A DNA stretch of 64,000 nt, taken from positions 1 to 64,000 of the forward strand of contig CAJVPI010000054.1 of NCBI GenBank assembly GCA_910592345.1. Direction: 5' to 3'. Below, piece by piece: positions 40,652 through 55,044 of this stretch. How positions within the stretch are numbered: the first letter of the stretch is position 1; every line of letters begins with the position of its first letter. The notes below the pieces were generated by a model, which was not told where the DNA came from, did no database searches, and was given only the letters and a program-made list of their open reading frames with translations. Source of the DNA: Paraglomus brasilianum (lineage: Eukaryota). A program made the position numbers and the translations under genes.

Positions 40652-43158
40652 ACCCAAAACTTTAATTACATTTGTGCAATTTATTTTTTTTAAACGTGCT
40701 TAAAACCAGAGTGAAAATCACATAAACTGGGTCTCACACTTTCACAGAAAAAATTATTACATTTTTTACATATATATTTGCGATCATCCTGAAGTAGCAT
40801 AGCACAATACATATTGATAAAAAAAAAAACGCTTAGTAATTAAAAAATAAACCCAAACAGAATCGACCAGCATAATATGCAAGAAAATTTATTAAAAAAT
40901 AAGCTACAATATCGTGTGAAGTGGTCCTAATAAATGTCGAATGCTTTTGTGATTGCAAATTGAACAAAGAAGAAGTCCAACGGAATAGGATCGGGAAGAT
41001 TTTGAGGCATTTGGACAGTAGACTTTAAATAGAAACCTAAGATACGTAGCTTTCTTAATTGGATATGTTCCAATCGGTCGTAGAATGAGAAGTGGCGTGC
41101 TTGACTGCACCCGGCAAGTAGAGTTCCCGTAGCCATGAATGACCATTTAAAGGAATAGCGGTAATGGTACTCCAACCACATATCTTTTGATCCGAATAAA
41201 AACATCCTCGCTAATGAGAGTATGTTCACATCTTGATAGAGTTCTTTGCACCAGTGATGCGTGCAACAGATCTGAACAACTTTGATTGATGTTCGCTATC
41301 CTCACGCGTAACCAGCTTGCCAATGAGGACTGCACTGTAGGAATTCACTGATTCACCGTGGACTCTAAAGGGTGACCGTGGCTAATCATTACATCCATTT
41401 TATTGTACTCGCTGGTACAGCAAGCATCAGCAACAATTGGTTTACCAAACTGTTCACTTCGATTTACTCAATATCGCAACAGATATTTTTGATCTCATAG
41501 GGGTTTTCGAGTCCTTTATTGGTCACACGTTGGTTTGGGGGTCTCATTGGTATTATTATAATAATGACCCCGCAATAATCCTAGTTTTTGAGAGTAAACA
41601 CTGAGTATGGAATACTCTGTTTAGGAGGAGGACCTTTCAGAAGTATTTAAAGAGGGGCTACGTTTAAACTTTCGAAGCGGGACGCCGCTCCTGCTAAATC
41701 TGCAATGACAACATTGCATCGACATGCATGTATTCTGACGGTGTACTGTATATTATCAAAGTGTTACGTTTTGGCACGTGTCAATTGATATTGTTAGTTA
41801 AAGAACACACACAGGAGGCATGGCAAGAAGAGTTGGATGGAAATTCAAAAGCCGTGTCTATTAATAGTTCGTCAATACAGCTCTCATTCGACTCCTTTCA
41901 TAGAGCAAGTTTTTCGCCCTGTCCTTTTTGGGAGGGTACAGGAGTACTAAGGATAGTCGATATTTCAATTTTTTCTTATGAAAGTTTTATAATCAGACAA
42001 ACTGTGCATAGAATCAGATACTGTATATAGTAAACACGATGAAAGTAATTCGTTGGATATGATGTGGCTGTGGTTACTATTACTCCGCGAGAGATTTTGC
42101 CGAATCGAGAAAAGACTTTCAAACCCAAACAAGGCATTTTATTGACGCTCAATGACGATTGTCATAATTTTGGTTATTTTCCTGGTATTGCAAGAAAAGC
42201 TATGATCCGGAAGGCTGATCCTTGACTGCGGCCGGGATAACAGCGAGGGTATTAATGAGGCAGCCTGCCAAGAAAAATAGCGCCTTTGTTTCACTATCCT
42301 TTTCAATGCTTGGGTCGCTGGTTTGCTGTGGAAATTCAACAGTACCGCTGTAAAGAATATGTACGTATCAAAATGATTATTGTCTCTTAATATATAACCA
42401 TTCAATGGACGTACATCGCGCAATGCATCTCAGAGGCATTAAAGTCTTTATTTACTTCTACTACCTCGTAGCACACTTTACAATTACGTTCTACAACTGG
42501 GATCGTTGTCTTGATGAAGGATAGTATGCCTTTTTGCGATTATTTGACTTTCGGCATTGTTTACTTTGGCGCCATGTCCTATTATTAATGTAAAGCATGA
42601 CGGTTATGTTATATCGTCTGAACTAAAAACAGAAGAACAAGAAGTCTAAATTACTTCTTACTATATTAGGCATTGCGAATTATAATAACTACAGCCAACA
42701 CAGACGGCGCTATAAATAGTTACCGGACTATGCTTTTATTGGCTTCAAAGAAATTCTGATAAACACTAATTATTTTGTAACCGAAACGAGATTTTCTCCC
42801 ATAATCAGCAACACGCAGAATCCGATTATTGTACGGCCGATAGGGTTTGTATCAAGTAACCTGGGATAAACTTGGCTGTTGCATGTCAACGACAATGCCT
42901 GCTTACCCATTTAGCGAGGTCTCTACAAAATGTTTCATCATCGAATTGCCTAAAACAGAGGGTTGGGTGCACAAGAATTTTGATGGAGGCACAAATTTAA
43001 TGACCTTCCCAAAAACGTAATAGTAATAGGTACAGATCTCCATTAATTGAACGAATTAGAGACAAGAATTTAATATTAATACGATGTTTTCATTAATTAC
43101 TAACTTAAAACTACGAGAGACCGTGTTTCGCTGATCACGACTTTATGTTAGTTTGCCA

Positions 43159-44869
43159 ATGACAGAAGCATATATATCTAAAGTATTTAACTGGGACCAG
43201 AGGGACGCCTCCTTTATGCTACCTTCGACTCGTCGACGGAAGCTTTCAAGGCCCTTCATCGAACCTCTACCGTATAACCTAATAGCAAAAGACAAACTGA
43301 ACAAACATCTATGGGCCTTTATAACCGTCATAATAATACTAGTTCTATGGCTTACCTTTGCAGTAGTACTGCCAACAGCGTTACATTCCAAACTCAAGTT
43401 GACACCATCGCGCCCGGCAATACGCAAACAGCGAGAATGGCAACTCCTTCCTTCCAAAATTCCCAATCGACCGAAATCCCTCATCGATGACGAAATCCAA
43501 TGGGACCAATCCTTCTGTAAGCGCTCTCCGTGTCGTTATCTCTTCCCTGTCTTCGTCGGCGGAACAGAAGCCAATTCCCATTTTCATCTCCAACAGGTCG
43601 CCCTCCTTGCTGGGCGACTCAAGCGAACGGTCGTGCTACCTAATTCTGACGGCAGGCGATTCAGCGCATGTCGCAGATACTCCTTCGATAGATACTTCTC
43701 TAATGAGACATTAGTACAAGCACGCGCGCATTTTAGATTCATCACCCAAGATGAATTCTTCGGGTGGGCACGATGGCGGGTGACAGAGCCGACTGCTCAG
43801 TTTGTGATTATGGACAGGCCACCTGAACCAAATGCAAAGAAACCGCGAAGGTTCTCAGATATACAAACATTGAGCAAGAAGCAATGCGTCGATGATTATA
43901 GCTTTGATTATGATTCGTACGAGACTATTGAGTTTAAAGTGCAGCCCGGTTATGAACTGTCGAATGCCGCGACGGCAGAGGCTTACAGCGACCTGATTGC
44001 TCATTTGCATGGCAAGAAGGCATATGGAAAGAGCAAATTGTTTGAAAACAGAACAGCAGATGTATTATTAGTTTATTACAATCTGAGATCCCCACTGTTG
44101 CCTGTTCCAATTGAGGGTCCACCTTTGACGTATTTGGAATCCTGGTATAAAGAGACTCGTAACGTTATCGATGGTATTAGACCATATATTGCGGTTAGCT
44201 GGGGTAAGTTATTCATATCGTAATTCCGATCTTGTTGGTTGCGATTCCGTGTATCGTAAATATTAAATCTGCTTTTTGTTTATAGCTATAGACATGTTAC
44301 CCAAGTATATTATCCCGGTCTGTGCAGAGCGGTTAGTTGCGCGTTTGGATGAAATAAAACGCGAGACAGGCATACAGAACATCTATTTGGCCACAGTACC
44401 TTCTCATTGGCGTGAAAATGTAGGATTTCATCAAGAGGCGTTAACATATCTAAATGATCATGTCAACTTTATTACATGGTCATCGTTCCATGAACAAGCT
44501 GCTGCCGATGAACAAGCTGAACTGGAGCGGAAACAAGCGTATGCAGGAAATGATCAGTTACTTTTATCCAATACCACCAGTGCTGCATCGTCAATAGTTG
44601 CTATTGAGAATGGAGATGAGGTGGATGAGATAGATCCAGGATTATTGACAATACTTAATAAACTTGTCGCGGAGCAGGCTAACTACTTTCTTCGTGGGAC
44701 TGAAGAATGTTCTCGCATTACCCCATTCATCCAGCAAGTGATTGGAACACGCGAACAAGAGACGAGAAACCAGATTGACTGGAAAGAGAGCTTTTTTAAC
44801 ATTAATGAAGAGAAAATGAAGGAAAATGTGTTGGCTATGCGACGGTGGAACGTAGTAGATGTTTGGTGA
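43159..44869 (+). CDS. Type II membrane GDP-fucose O-fucosyltransferase-like glycosyltransferase; 2 exons
   Basis: N-terminal TM WAFITVIIILVLWLTFAVVL, then HLQQVALLAGRLKRTVVLPN, YIAVSW, NIYLAT, NKLVAEQANYFL..CSR; intron ~44204-44285. Confidence 0.7.
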
Positions 44870-45091
44870 TATCAACTTTGAGGAGAGCAGAATCAGGCGA
44901 TGGATGAAATAATACAATTGGATCAATATAAATTAAATTGTACTTTTTTATTGTAGTTAATACTGTAATATTTCACAAGTTAGTCAGAATAGCTGAATCT
45001 GGCTTGACGAATAGAATTTGTAAATACCTCATCATTACTGAGACTAATAGACTAATATAATATATATCTGCTGTTTGCACATGTCACTATA

Positions 45092-45739
45092 TCACGGTTT
45101 GCTTTTTCGCTGTTTTACTGTTTTTCTTGTTTGAATATTTGCATATTCACCACATCTCTTCCATACTTTGATCTTATCCATAACATCTTCTTCAACCTCA
45201 AAGTTGATCCGTGATTGGCTTGCCCAACTCTCCCAAACCCTTGTTACATTTTCAACATTGTTTAATGTCAACCCGCCAAACACGAGACCACGTTTGTATA
45301 CTAATTCTTTCTCATACATGTCGATTATACGTGTTGCGTACAAATGTGCCGAGTCAACAGACAGATCAGATATCACCAATGCATCGTCTATGTGTATTTT
45401 GGCAGACGCTGACGCTAATACTAGCTTTGATATTTCGTGTAATGCCATTCGCATTGATTTGATGATTTTGGTAAATTCGTCGAGCGATCTGTGGATGCGC
45501 GAAACATTATCCGCTATCTCACAAGTCTGTTTGTAGATGAGCAGATTAATGGTTTTGGAATCAAGGAACGAAGGTGGCTTTGATGTGAACGATAAAGTGG
45601 CTTCTCTCTGTGTTTCAATGTTTACTAATAATGAGAACACAGCACAGGATTGGGCGTGCGTTCTTGCCCATTCTTTATTTAGCTTGTCGATTCGCATGAG
45701 TTGATTTACGTGTTGTGGAATGGCCGACATTATGAACAT
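45092..45739 (-). CDS. Hypothetical helical/coiled-coil protein (weak resemblance to C1orf109/CINP-type proteins)
   Basis: 215-aa intronless ORF with normal composition, head-to-head with UNG. Confidence 0.6.
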   Translation of the reverse strand: MFIMSAIPQHVNQLMRIDKLNKEWARTHAQSCAVFSLLVNIETQREATLSFTSKPPSFLDSKTINLLIYKQTCEIADNVSRIHRSLDEFTKIIKSMRMALHEISKLVLASASAKIHIDDALVISDLSVDSAHLYATRIIDMYEKELVYKRGLVFGGLTLNNVENVTRVWESWASQSRINFEVEEDVMDKIKVWKRCGEYANIQTRKTVKQRKSKP

Positions 45740-45999
45740 TTCTTTTTTGTTGTTGTTGTTGTTGTTGTATGTAATTATAATTATTTATTTTGATGATCAA
45801 TCACCTGACGACATACCCACTGCCGATCAGCAACGCGCGAAAACCAATATTTCTGCTTTGCATGCTCCCCTGTACTTGTTCTCACGTCGTCAAACATACG
45901 CGTAAATTCTCCCGCCTAACCTATTTTTCTCGTGTCGAATCCCCGCATATTACTCCGAGTCTATTTTATCAAAGTTCACTTGAATTATATTCTATCAAC

Positions 46000-47572
46000 A
46001 TGCTCAAACGCAAGGACCCACCAACTTCTGCAGCCGGGGCCGCCAAGAAAAAAGGGACTGATAAATCTTCAGTCCAGAGTTCTCTTGCTTTATGGGTCAA
46101 ACCCTCTGTAGAGACGTCAGCAGACAAGTCGTTAGTGACGTTGGATAGCTTGGCAGCAGGACTGGATGATAACACCAAGAAATTGTTAAAGTTGGAAGTT
46201 GATACTATGGACCAAGAATGGTTGAAGGCGTTGAAAGCGGAATTTAGGAAGAATTACTTCTTGGAGGTATGGCACCGTGCGTGCGAGCTGTTGTGTGTCG
46301 TGCGTCTGGGTGTCATGTGATTTTATGACATTTACCCCCCCCCCGTCTACTTGCTGTGTAGCTAAAGAAATTTCTTGCGACTGATGCGAAATCCCACAAA
46401 ATATTTCCACCCGGTATGTGAATACAATTCGATGCTTATAATATTTATACGAGTATGGCTAATAGTGAAATTGTTCTAGCTGAGGATATATATAGTTGGT
46501 CGAGATTCACACCCGTTTCGAAAGTTAGAGTTATCATCCTTGGTCAAGGTGGGTATCATTATCAACAAGTAAAGAAAAATCGGTCCATCGTTATTAATTC
46601 TTTTCCCCCTTAGATCCTTATCATAATGTCGGACAAGCGCACGGTAATTTATCGATTGATATTTGACATTATGTTTCTGCAATAGAATGAATACAATTAA
46701 ATCAATCTTTAGGTCTATGTTTCAGTGTTAGGCCTGGAGTTACACCTCCTCCATCCCTGGTCAACATCTACAAAGCCATGAAAATCGACATCCCAACTTT
46801 CAGAGTACCCAAGCATGGGTTAGTAACATCTAGTTATTAATGTCCAAATTTTACCTTTTTGACAACTTGATTATCAAATTTACAGCTATCTTGAAAATTG
46901 GGCCAAGAACGGTGTTTTATTATTGAACGCAGCACTCACCGTTCGCGCGCATGATGCAGGAAGCCATAGCAAGAAAGGATGGGAAGAGTTCACTGGTATG
47001 ATAAATAAACTTGTAGATTTGATTTATTACGACCGTGAGGTCATTACTTGTAATAATGTATTCTTGAATCAGATGCAGCGATTAATTACTTGAACGAAAA
47101 GAAATCCGGATTGGTATTCATACTTTGGGGAGGACATGCTCATAAGAAGGGAAAACGTATTGACAAGGTGCCCATTAACGACTAGTGGGTGATATTTCAG
47201 TAACGCGAAATCCGCCCGATCTTACACAATTTTCCCTCCCCCCATTAATAGCAAAAACACTTGGTATTGAAAGCACCCCATCCTTCTCCACTTTCTGCAA
47301 GAGGAGGATTCTTTGAGTGCCGCCATTGGTCACAAGCCAACGCATACTTGAAAAGTTTAGGAAAGGAGACTATTAATTGGGATTGTCTGGTGGATGATGA
47401 TGATGATATTGATAATGAGATCGAACAACAAGATGGTGTGCAAGAAACTGCCAGTGCTAGCGATAAAGATGCGGTCGAGCAAGTGCCGCCAGAGGAAGAA
47501 AAAGCTGGTATGGGAGAAACTGCGAATGCTAATGAGAACAATGCAGTTGAGCAAGTCGCAGTTGTCAATTGA
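46000..47572 (+). CDS. UNG1: Uracil-DNA glycosylase family 1, multi-exon
   Basis: VIILGQ|DPYH (split by an intron), [36 protein letters not shown]. Confidence 0.95.
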
Positions 47573-48237
47573 TGGGGTTTGTGTGTGTATATATAAGATA
47601 ATTCCTAATCACATGTATATATGTCACGTACCAAACCAATTCTCGCCTTTTAATGGTGAGAGAGAAGCGTCATCCATTGATTGATTGGTCTTGTGCTTTG
47701 GAACACCAGAATAGTCGCACACTTTCCTGTAAATATTTTACATTTGTTTTGCCGATTATATTGAAAGAAAGCATTGAATAAATACGATTTACGGTATAAT
47801 AATAATATATATGCTATTCATTCGATTTTATTTATGTTTCTACTCTCGTTTGGGATATTTCCCGGTTGTCCAGATGCATTGACAATGGTCGCGGCTAGTG
47901 TGTGTCTGGAATACGTATGACAAACATGTAGATATGAGAAAGATAAATTTGCAACTGAACGTAGCTATGATACATCTGATTATGAGATCATGTTTAGACA
48001 TCTCTAAGAGGAATTTACATAGCTACCAATACATCTTTAATTTCTGATTACAGTAGCGGTAGTAATAGTAATAATAACAGCGTATCAGTGTTTTTTTACA
48101 GCAGAAGTAGGTAATCAATCCCCCTCATATAGATACACACTAAAAATTATTAGTAGAAAGTTAATAAATAATGTAAAAGAAATAGTTCTAAAGATTGAAA
48201 ATCATCATCAGAATTATTCATCATATCGATTGCCGTT

Positions 48238-49421
48238 TTATTTAGTCCAATATCTGACAAGTGAGATAGGAGCCTGGAGTGCCTTCTTGGCAGTTGAGGA
48301 TTCGGCTGTTGGAGAGCCTGGTCGGCTATTAGCTTTTGCTTTCTCTCCCTTCTTTCTGACTACAAGCACTGGGCAATCAGCATTACGAACTATATATTCT
48401 GATACGCTTCCGATGAGATTACTATTTTTTCGAGTGAGAAAAAGAGAGAGAGTTTAGTCATGGATGCACGTTATTACCACAATGGTGTGACATGTACGAT
48501 AATATTCCACGATATATCATACCGTTTCAATAGCCCAAGTCCTCGAGTTCCGACAACGAACAGATCCGCATGAGTATGTCCAGCGAGTTTGACAAGTTGG
48601 ACTTTGGGATCTCCTTTCAGGATATAAAAGTTTGCAGTAATCTACAAGAAACAATTGTATGATACATGACGCTTTAGCACCTCCATCCATCCAATCAAAC
48701 AAACAAACAAAAAACACGACCCAACAATCCAACATCAACTCACCCCTTTGGAAGCCAAATCCTGTGCTAAAGTCTTCAACATTTCAGATGCATCTTGGTG
48801 GTCAGTGAACGACAAGCGTCGGTTGGTTTTCCTCTTTTCTACATAGTGAAAATGGATGTTGTGATCAGTAACTTTCTTGTGATACATAAAAAGACAGTCC
48901 TATTGATAATAGACAGAACAGTATTGATTGCATATCTGCATCTATTCGTAAAGATTAATGTTATGACTAGCAAGCAAGTTGTTGTATATACTATATAATC
49001 ATAATCATCCCCATCACTCCACCATCCTTGATAATTACCAGCATTCTGAGCACGGGAGGTGTGTGCAGATAACCAAGCGGATTGTTCTTCGTCTACTACA
49101 GTGGCCAAATGGACATGATCATGTCCAGGAATTAAGATGTTATCCAGGATATGCTGGTAGACAAACTAGTGGATAGATAAAAGTGGAATAAAGCATTGGA
49201 TACAATTAGCTTGTTATTAGCAAGAAAGAGATCCGTTATACATTAGGTGACCCCCATTCTATAGACGGCTCCATAAGACATATTCATAGAGTGGTAGTTT
49301 GCGTGCTCTTGCATTACAAGTTGCTTTTATTTACCTTGCTGAAATCAGAGTTATCATAAGCTAGCAAGATTTTGCGACGACGGTGAAGTTCGAGTGGTTT
49401 GTCTGGAATAGTAACAACCAT
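48238..49421 (-). CDS. Universal stress protein (USP) family; 5 exons
   Basis: MVVTIPDKPLELHRRRKILLAYDNS...GDPKVQLV...DLFVVGTRGLGLLKRNLIGSVSEYIVRNADCPVLVVR (G-x2-G-x9-GS motif). Confidence 0.9.
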
Positions 49422-50467
49422 GTTTACAGTTTTTTATTTACAGATAGACAAATATATCTTGTGAAAATGTTTGCGTATAGAGGGTAAGTACGAGACTTTT
49501 TTTTTTTTCCCAAGTGTCGTAAGTTTGAAAATGCAGAGGGGAAGCTTTAGTACTTTTATATATTTGATACAGAAAGCAAATTTCTCGAGTAATCTTAGCC
49601 TATTATGGAAATATTAACATGATAAGTAACATATTTATAACAATACTTGTCATATGTTTGGGGTGTATGACGGACGATATTAGTAGGGGATGAGATGAAA
49701 TCAATCAAAACATTCGATTGTTGCAAATAATTAGTCTTCTGATCAAACTCTTGTTCTCCGATGCATCTCGGTGATTGACATAAGTTGCGTGTGTGGCAGA
49801 TGGAGTCGTTTTCTGATGATGCAATGCCGTTGGATGGTTGTCGAATGTTGTGGACATTTGGAGAATTATCTATCCATCGTTGGTCAATCTATATGACAGA
49901 GATGCGGTATATCTGCGGTATATCTGCATATGGTAGCATATTAATATTCTACCAACAATCTCCTGTTCATAGTTTAAGCGAGAGGGTTCAACAATGGTCA
50001 CTGAACATTCTGGGCAGGTAATGTGATTTTGAGTCATTTGCTAGGGGTGATGGTTACTAATGGGGATCATGCCGTCATGACCAAGCGGGTTTGTAAAATC
50101 TAACTGGACGGCGCAACAACAGTCGATGTCAAGATACAGTAGTTATAGGTTGATTATCCTAATTGTCATACCTTGAGTCATGGTGTTTACTTCTATAATT
50201 AGCGTATTAATAAAATGTACATGAAAATGATATCATATAGCGACTGTGGAACTCTGCTGATTTACTCCACATCTTGTCGGCTATTAATTTATCTCATTGT
50301 TGATGATGGTTGGCGAAAACGTAACATTGATTGATACGAATGACGAAACATCGAGCACGATAAAAGACCGGGTAAAAAAAAAAAGATCTAACAAATTATA
50401 TATCACGCAATTAATTTCCGGTTACAAAAAGAGATTTTATTACGTATCTCTAACATTCACAAGCGCG

Positions 50468-50499
<32 letters not shown>

Positions 50500-53264
50500 T
50501 CTCGGTAATATATATCATAGGCAATCCTCGGTAGGATTATACAAGAATGGACATCGCTATGCCACGTGGGATTAGAATACGTAGTGGCTTGTTCCCATTT
50601 TCATTCTCTCGTTCTCTCACCATTTCAATTCTAATCCAAAGATGAAAAGCATAACCGACACAATGACAATGGTGCGCATTCGTTGTGCGTGAGGCATAAA
50701 ATGAAACTTTAAAATTTTACTGTTTTCACCAAAAACTATAGTTATATATATAGATCGTACAAGATTTTCCACAATTCCCCCTCCCCTACAATCCCCACAC
50801 TGTCAAATATATACTGACCTCTCTCCCCATTGGTTGGGCAAATAAAGTTCATGGAAAGAACGAGTGAATGGTGATGAATAATATGATGAATAATATATAC
50901 TTGTATGTATAATAATAAAGTATGATAAATATATACATATATATAGCTAATACTGTAATATAACCTACATATATATATACATAACGCAACTGCACGTGTG
51001 GATGGCCGTAAGGAGGGGATCAAGTTGCAAGTAGTGAGTTGCAAGTTGCAAGTTGCAGGTAGTAAGTTGCAAGTTCTTTTTGCAACCTAATAAAGAGCGC
51101 ATGATGTTTGTTGTAATATTTAGACCGATGTGTGATACGCTTATACCCAACTATAGTTCTTATACAATACATATACAGTATATTTAATTATTGTTCTTAC
51201 AGCCTGTCGGCCTGTACAGCCAGCCTGCCTCTGTCAAGGTCGTAAATGTTATTAATACGAGTTTTATACAATCATTACAAACTACGATTGTTATTATAAC
51301 TATATGATCATTGTTATAGTTATAATTAGTGCCAGTACCACTTTATGTTATGCAGTCTGACATTGGTCACCTGGATTACATTGCTGCATGGGAAAATCAC
51401 CGAGTTTTCTCTTTTTTTCTTTCTTTTTTTTTTCCATTGGGAAATGTCCACACAGAGCTTATTTAATCTCATTTACGTTCTGCAGCTATTGGCGGGGATG
51501 TGGGTGGATGTGGGTGGAAAGGAGGTTGTTTACAGTTGTGAGTATTAGATTGGTTGGAATTAAAGTGGGAATAAATTGGCAATAGTAAGCATGTTATTGA
51601 TAATGTGCGTAGGGTAATGGTAATACAGAGTTTTACTTATTGCTTACACCAAGAAGACGTTCTCACCAATACTGTAATATTAATATGTGACATGACCATA
51701 TGAAAGTTGATTTAGAGTTTGAGTTGACACTGAATCATTACAAATAGGATTGTCATTATAAATTGCATGATAGGATAAAATCAGCTATAGCTGTCATAAT
51801 AATGATGATTATAATGGGTGACGTATGCACATACATGCAAATAGTAATATTAATTGATGAAAATAGACTATATATGTTCATGTTCATATAATGTCCATAT
51901 AATGTCCATATAATGTCCAGAATACCACAATAGTAAGTTTTCTTCTGTGAAACAAGCGTAAACAGCATTTGAGTTAGTCGGATGTTGTACTACATAGCCA
52001 TACATGGAAAGAGCAGTTTTAGGGTTTGTACAATGTATATAGTATATTGAGTAACATTGAATGGGGGGATGGGGAAATGACGCATCGCATATATCATATA
52101 TCGCATATATTGAATATATTGATATATTGAAGAATCATTATAATTGCTATTATTACTGCGGCAACCGAATACATAATCCCATTCATTGCCATTCAAAAGA
52201 CCCGAACTTGTATCTCCCTCATACGAACAATAATGGATTCTTTGTCACTTGTTCTCTATGGAAAAGATGTACATAATAAACATATATATATTCTGTATAC
52301 ATATGCATAGATCACTACCACGACAAGATGATCTGCTTGTACCTCTGCCACAAGCCGCTACATGCCTTTGCTTACTTACACACGTACAATTTCTCTCTCT
52401 CTTTTCCCTCCAACCCTCTCGACTCGATTCTGTTGCGAATGACCAGCCAACCAAATACTATCCCACCCGCACATTCCCTCTCTTCCCATACAGGCACTAA
52501 TTTAATATAACGTTCACCTCGTGATATAGATCAAACAAAAAAGTAGACTCCTTGACGATGACAACTTGCATATCGGAGTGCGCCGAGGCGATCGTTGCCT
52601 CGTTTAGAACCAAGAGAAGGGGGAAATGTGTGTGGGTAAAAAAAAAAAAAAAGAAATATTTGAAAAAAATTTTATTGTTGCAGAGTCGTAACAGCCTGTA
52701 TGCCGAATAATGTGATAGTCAAGAGGATTCAAGTACCAAAGATGCAAAGCAATTATTCTTTGCATACATCGGACATTTTGTATATATAGTGTTAACCAGA
52801 TTCTTTGTATTGTCTTTCTTTCTTCTTTCTTTCTTTCTTTCTTTCTCTTTCACCCCTTCATTCTTTTTCTCTTTTTTTTTTTTCCTCCTCGGATTGGCAG
52901 GACGTCGATATTATGATATCATTGGATAATCAGGGGAACAACAAGTGTATTGAAATGAATGGACACTGGGGATGTTTAGAGGTTTAACTAATGGGGAAAT
53001 GCATTATGTGGAGTAAAAATTCACACTATTTTATACAATATTACAATATATACGCCATATTTATATGAATTACACTAATGTACATTCATTTGATGCGGTT
53101 GATATGCACTTGTTACATGTAGTAAATATTTATGTGTAGATGCATATGCACACACATATTTATTTCACACATGCCAAATTAGTGGGGATGGCATATAAAG
53201 ATAATAACAATAAGAAAAAGTCGTCAATGAAAGAGGGGTGTGAGATTGAAAAAAAAAAAGTGAA

Positions 53265-53450
53265 TAAAACAGCAACAGCAACAGCAACTACACTACTACT
53301 ACAGCAACTACTACTACAGCAACTAATACTACTACAGCGACAACAGCGACAACAGCAACTATACTGCAATTACTACTACTACTTACTACTACATATTAAC
53401 CAACAACATAATAACACCAACAGCAACGGGCAACAGTAACAGCAACAACA
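53265..53450. repeat. CAA/CAG/CTA-rich microsatellite
   Basis: Visible acagca/actact/caa arrays in intergenic DNA. Confidence 0.7.
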
Positions 53451-55044
53451 TAATCGTCAGCTAATACTAACCTAACCCCAACACATCTATATATTTTGCT
53501 TATACATGCATTATAGGAATATATGGGAGGTGCATTGCATACTGTTTTGCTATTCTATTTTTATCCTTTCAATAAATATAAACCGACTATATGATATTGT
53601 ATCTTTTTTTTTTCTTCTTGCTTTGCTTGCTTCTTTATTTACTACTGGCATCCAGGGTATGTAAACCCCCCTTCAACGTCATCGCCAAATCTGATTGGCC
53701 ATCTTATGTCTATCTTAATTACAGATCATGTCAACGGTACTGTACAATCAACTGTCGATTGTCAACTGTTAGTTAATATGTACAGTATATTAATTAGTAC
53801 GCCATAATAATTCGACTCGTAATAATTCGACGGACCAAAAACCCCAAGTAGACGGATATTCGGTGACAAGGTTTGTTCGCTAACAAGCTAAGCTGACTCA
53901 ATCACCCAATTTGGCTAATTGTCATCATTGGCGCGCGCAGATGATCAAACTATCCGGAACTGTTTAGTGATCAAGTTACGCACCGGGATTATGATGCATT
54001 GTTTATATAACAGTATAAACTATAAACCCTTACTTGTTGTATAAAAAAAAAAAAAGATAACCGGATTCTCGATAAGAACACAAAATCTCGACATCAAAAC
54101 AAAACTAGTTCATCTGATCGGTCGGTTTACCCCAGTCTTGCAGATTTTAAATCGATAAGAAAATATCACAAAATTAAACCCACCCAATATATATATCTCT
54201 TGACAGTGATTGCTATCGTTATCATTTGTAATTTTGTAATGCTATGCTCTCGTGTTACAACGCTAGTAATTCGATTGGATATCAGAAATTGCTTATATAC
54301 ACATATATGCAGAGTCTGTTTATCGTGTTGACATGCATCACGCTCGACTGGGCTATTTAACGACGTATCTTATCTAAATATACACAGTAGCAGTTCATCA
54401 ATCCCGTTTTGTAAAAAAATTGCTCCTTTTGAACGAGATATGCTATTACGTAATTTACAGCCGACAGCCCGTGAAAACATTATGTGTACCCTCTGATAAC
54501 GTAAAACAAATTTGTTGGGATACACAACAATAAGATTGTAGTACACCCCTTGGTTATGCATTCATTCACCTACATATTTATTTATATTTATTATTTATTT
54601 CTTTTTAGGCTGCCACGTAATCCCGTTAATCCTACCAGCTGCCAGGTTATTAATGCCAAGTATACATCAACAGACGCACATTGCACATTCGCATAACATG
54701 GCACTGCTTTAGGATTCTCGAGTTTCGTTTGCGGATGGTTGATGTGTTGAGCGGTGTTGTATTGTGTTGTGTTGGTGTTGTATGGTGTTGTGTTGTGTTG
54801 GTGGCGATGAATTGGCAGTTGGTTATTCAGGAGGGATTTACCGCTCGACAATCGACAGCGTTTTAGGCTTGTACAAGCAGGAGGTACGACATGTTAACAA
54901 TAATAAGTGTAAAAAACTATATAACTATGACAGGATATATATGTACAGTATATGCGTATATTTATTGTTATATTGTAAATTGTAACATGAACACAAATCA
55001 ACTGTGTCAACTGACTAAGAGTGGGATTTATCTGTCATATCAAT

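Larger units (their letters stand above)
30870..41400. mobile_element. Decayed endogenous DNA-virus/Polinton-like island; boundaries approximate
   Basis: Cluster of disrupted, mostly intronless ORFs including an A32-like ATPase, a tyrosine-recombinase-like fragment and a Zn-ribbon-repeat nuclease, between intact host genes. No capsid or polymerase recognised; no termini found. Confidence 0.6.

Noticed and set aside
40904..41400. Minus-strand ORF fragments at the right of the island
   Set aside because: Probably a decayed gene, but no family could be assigned from motifs.
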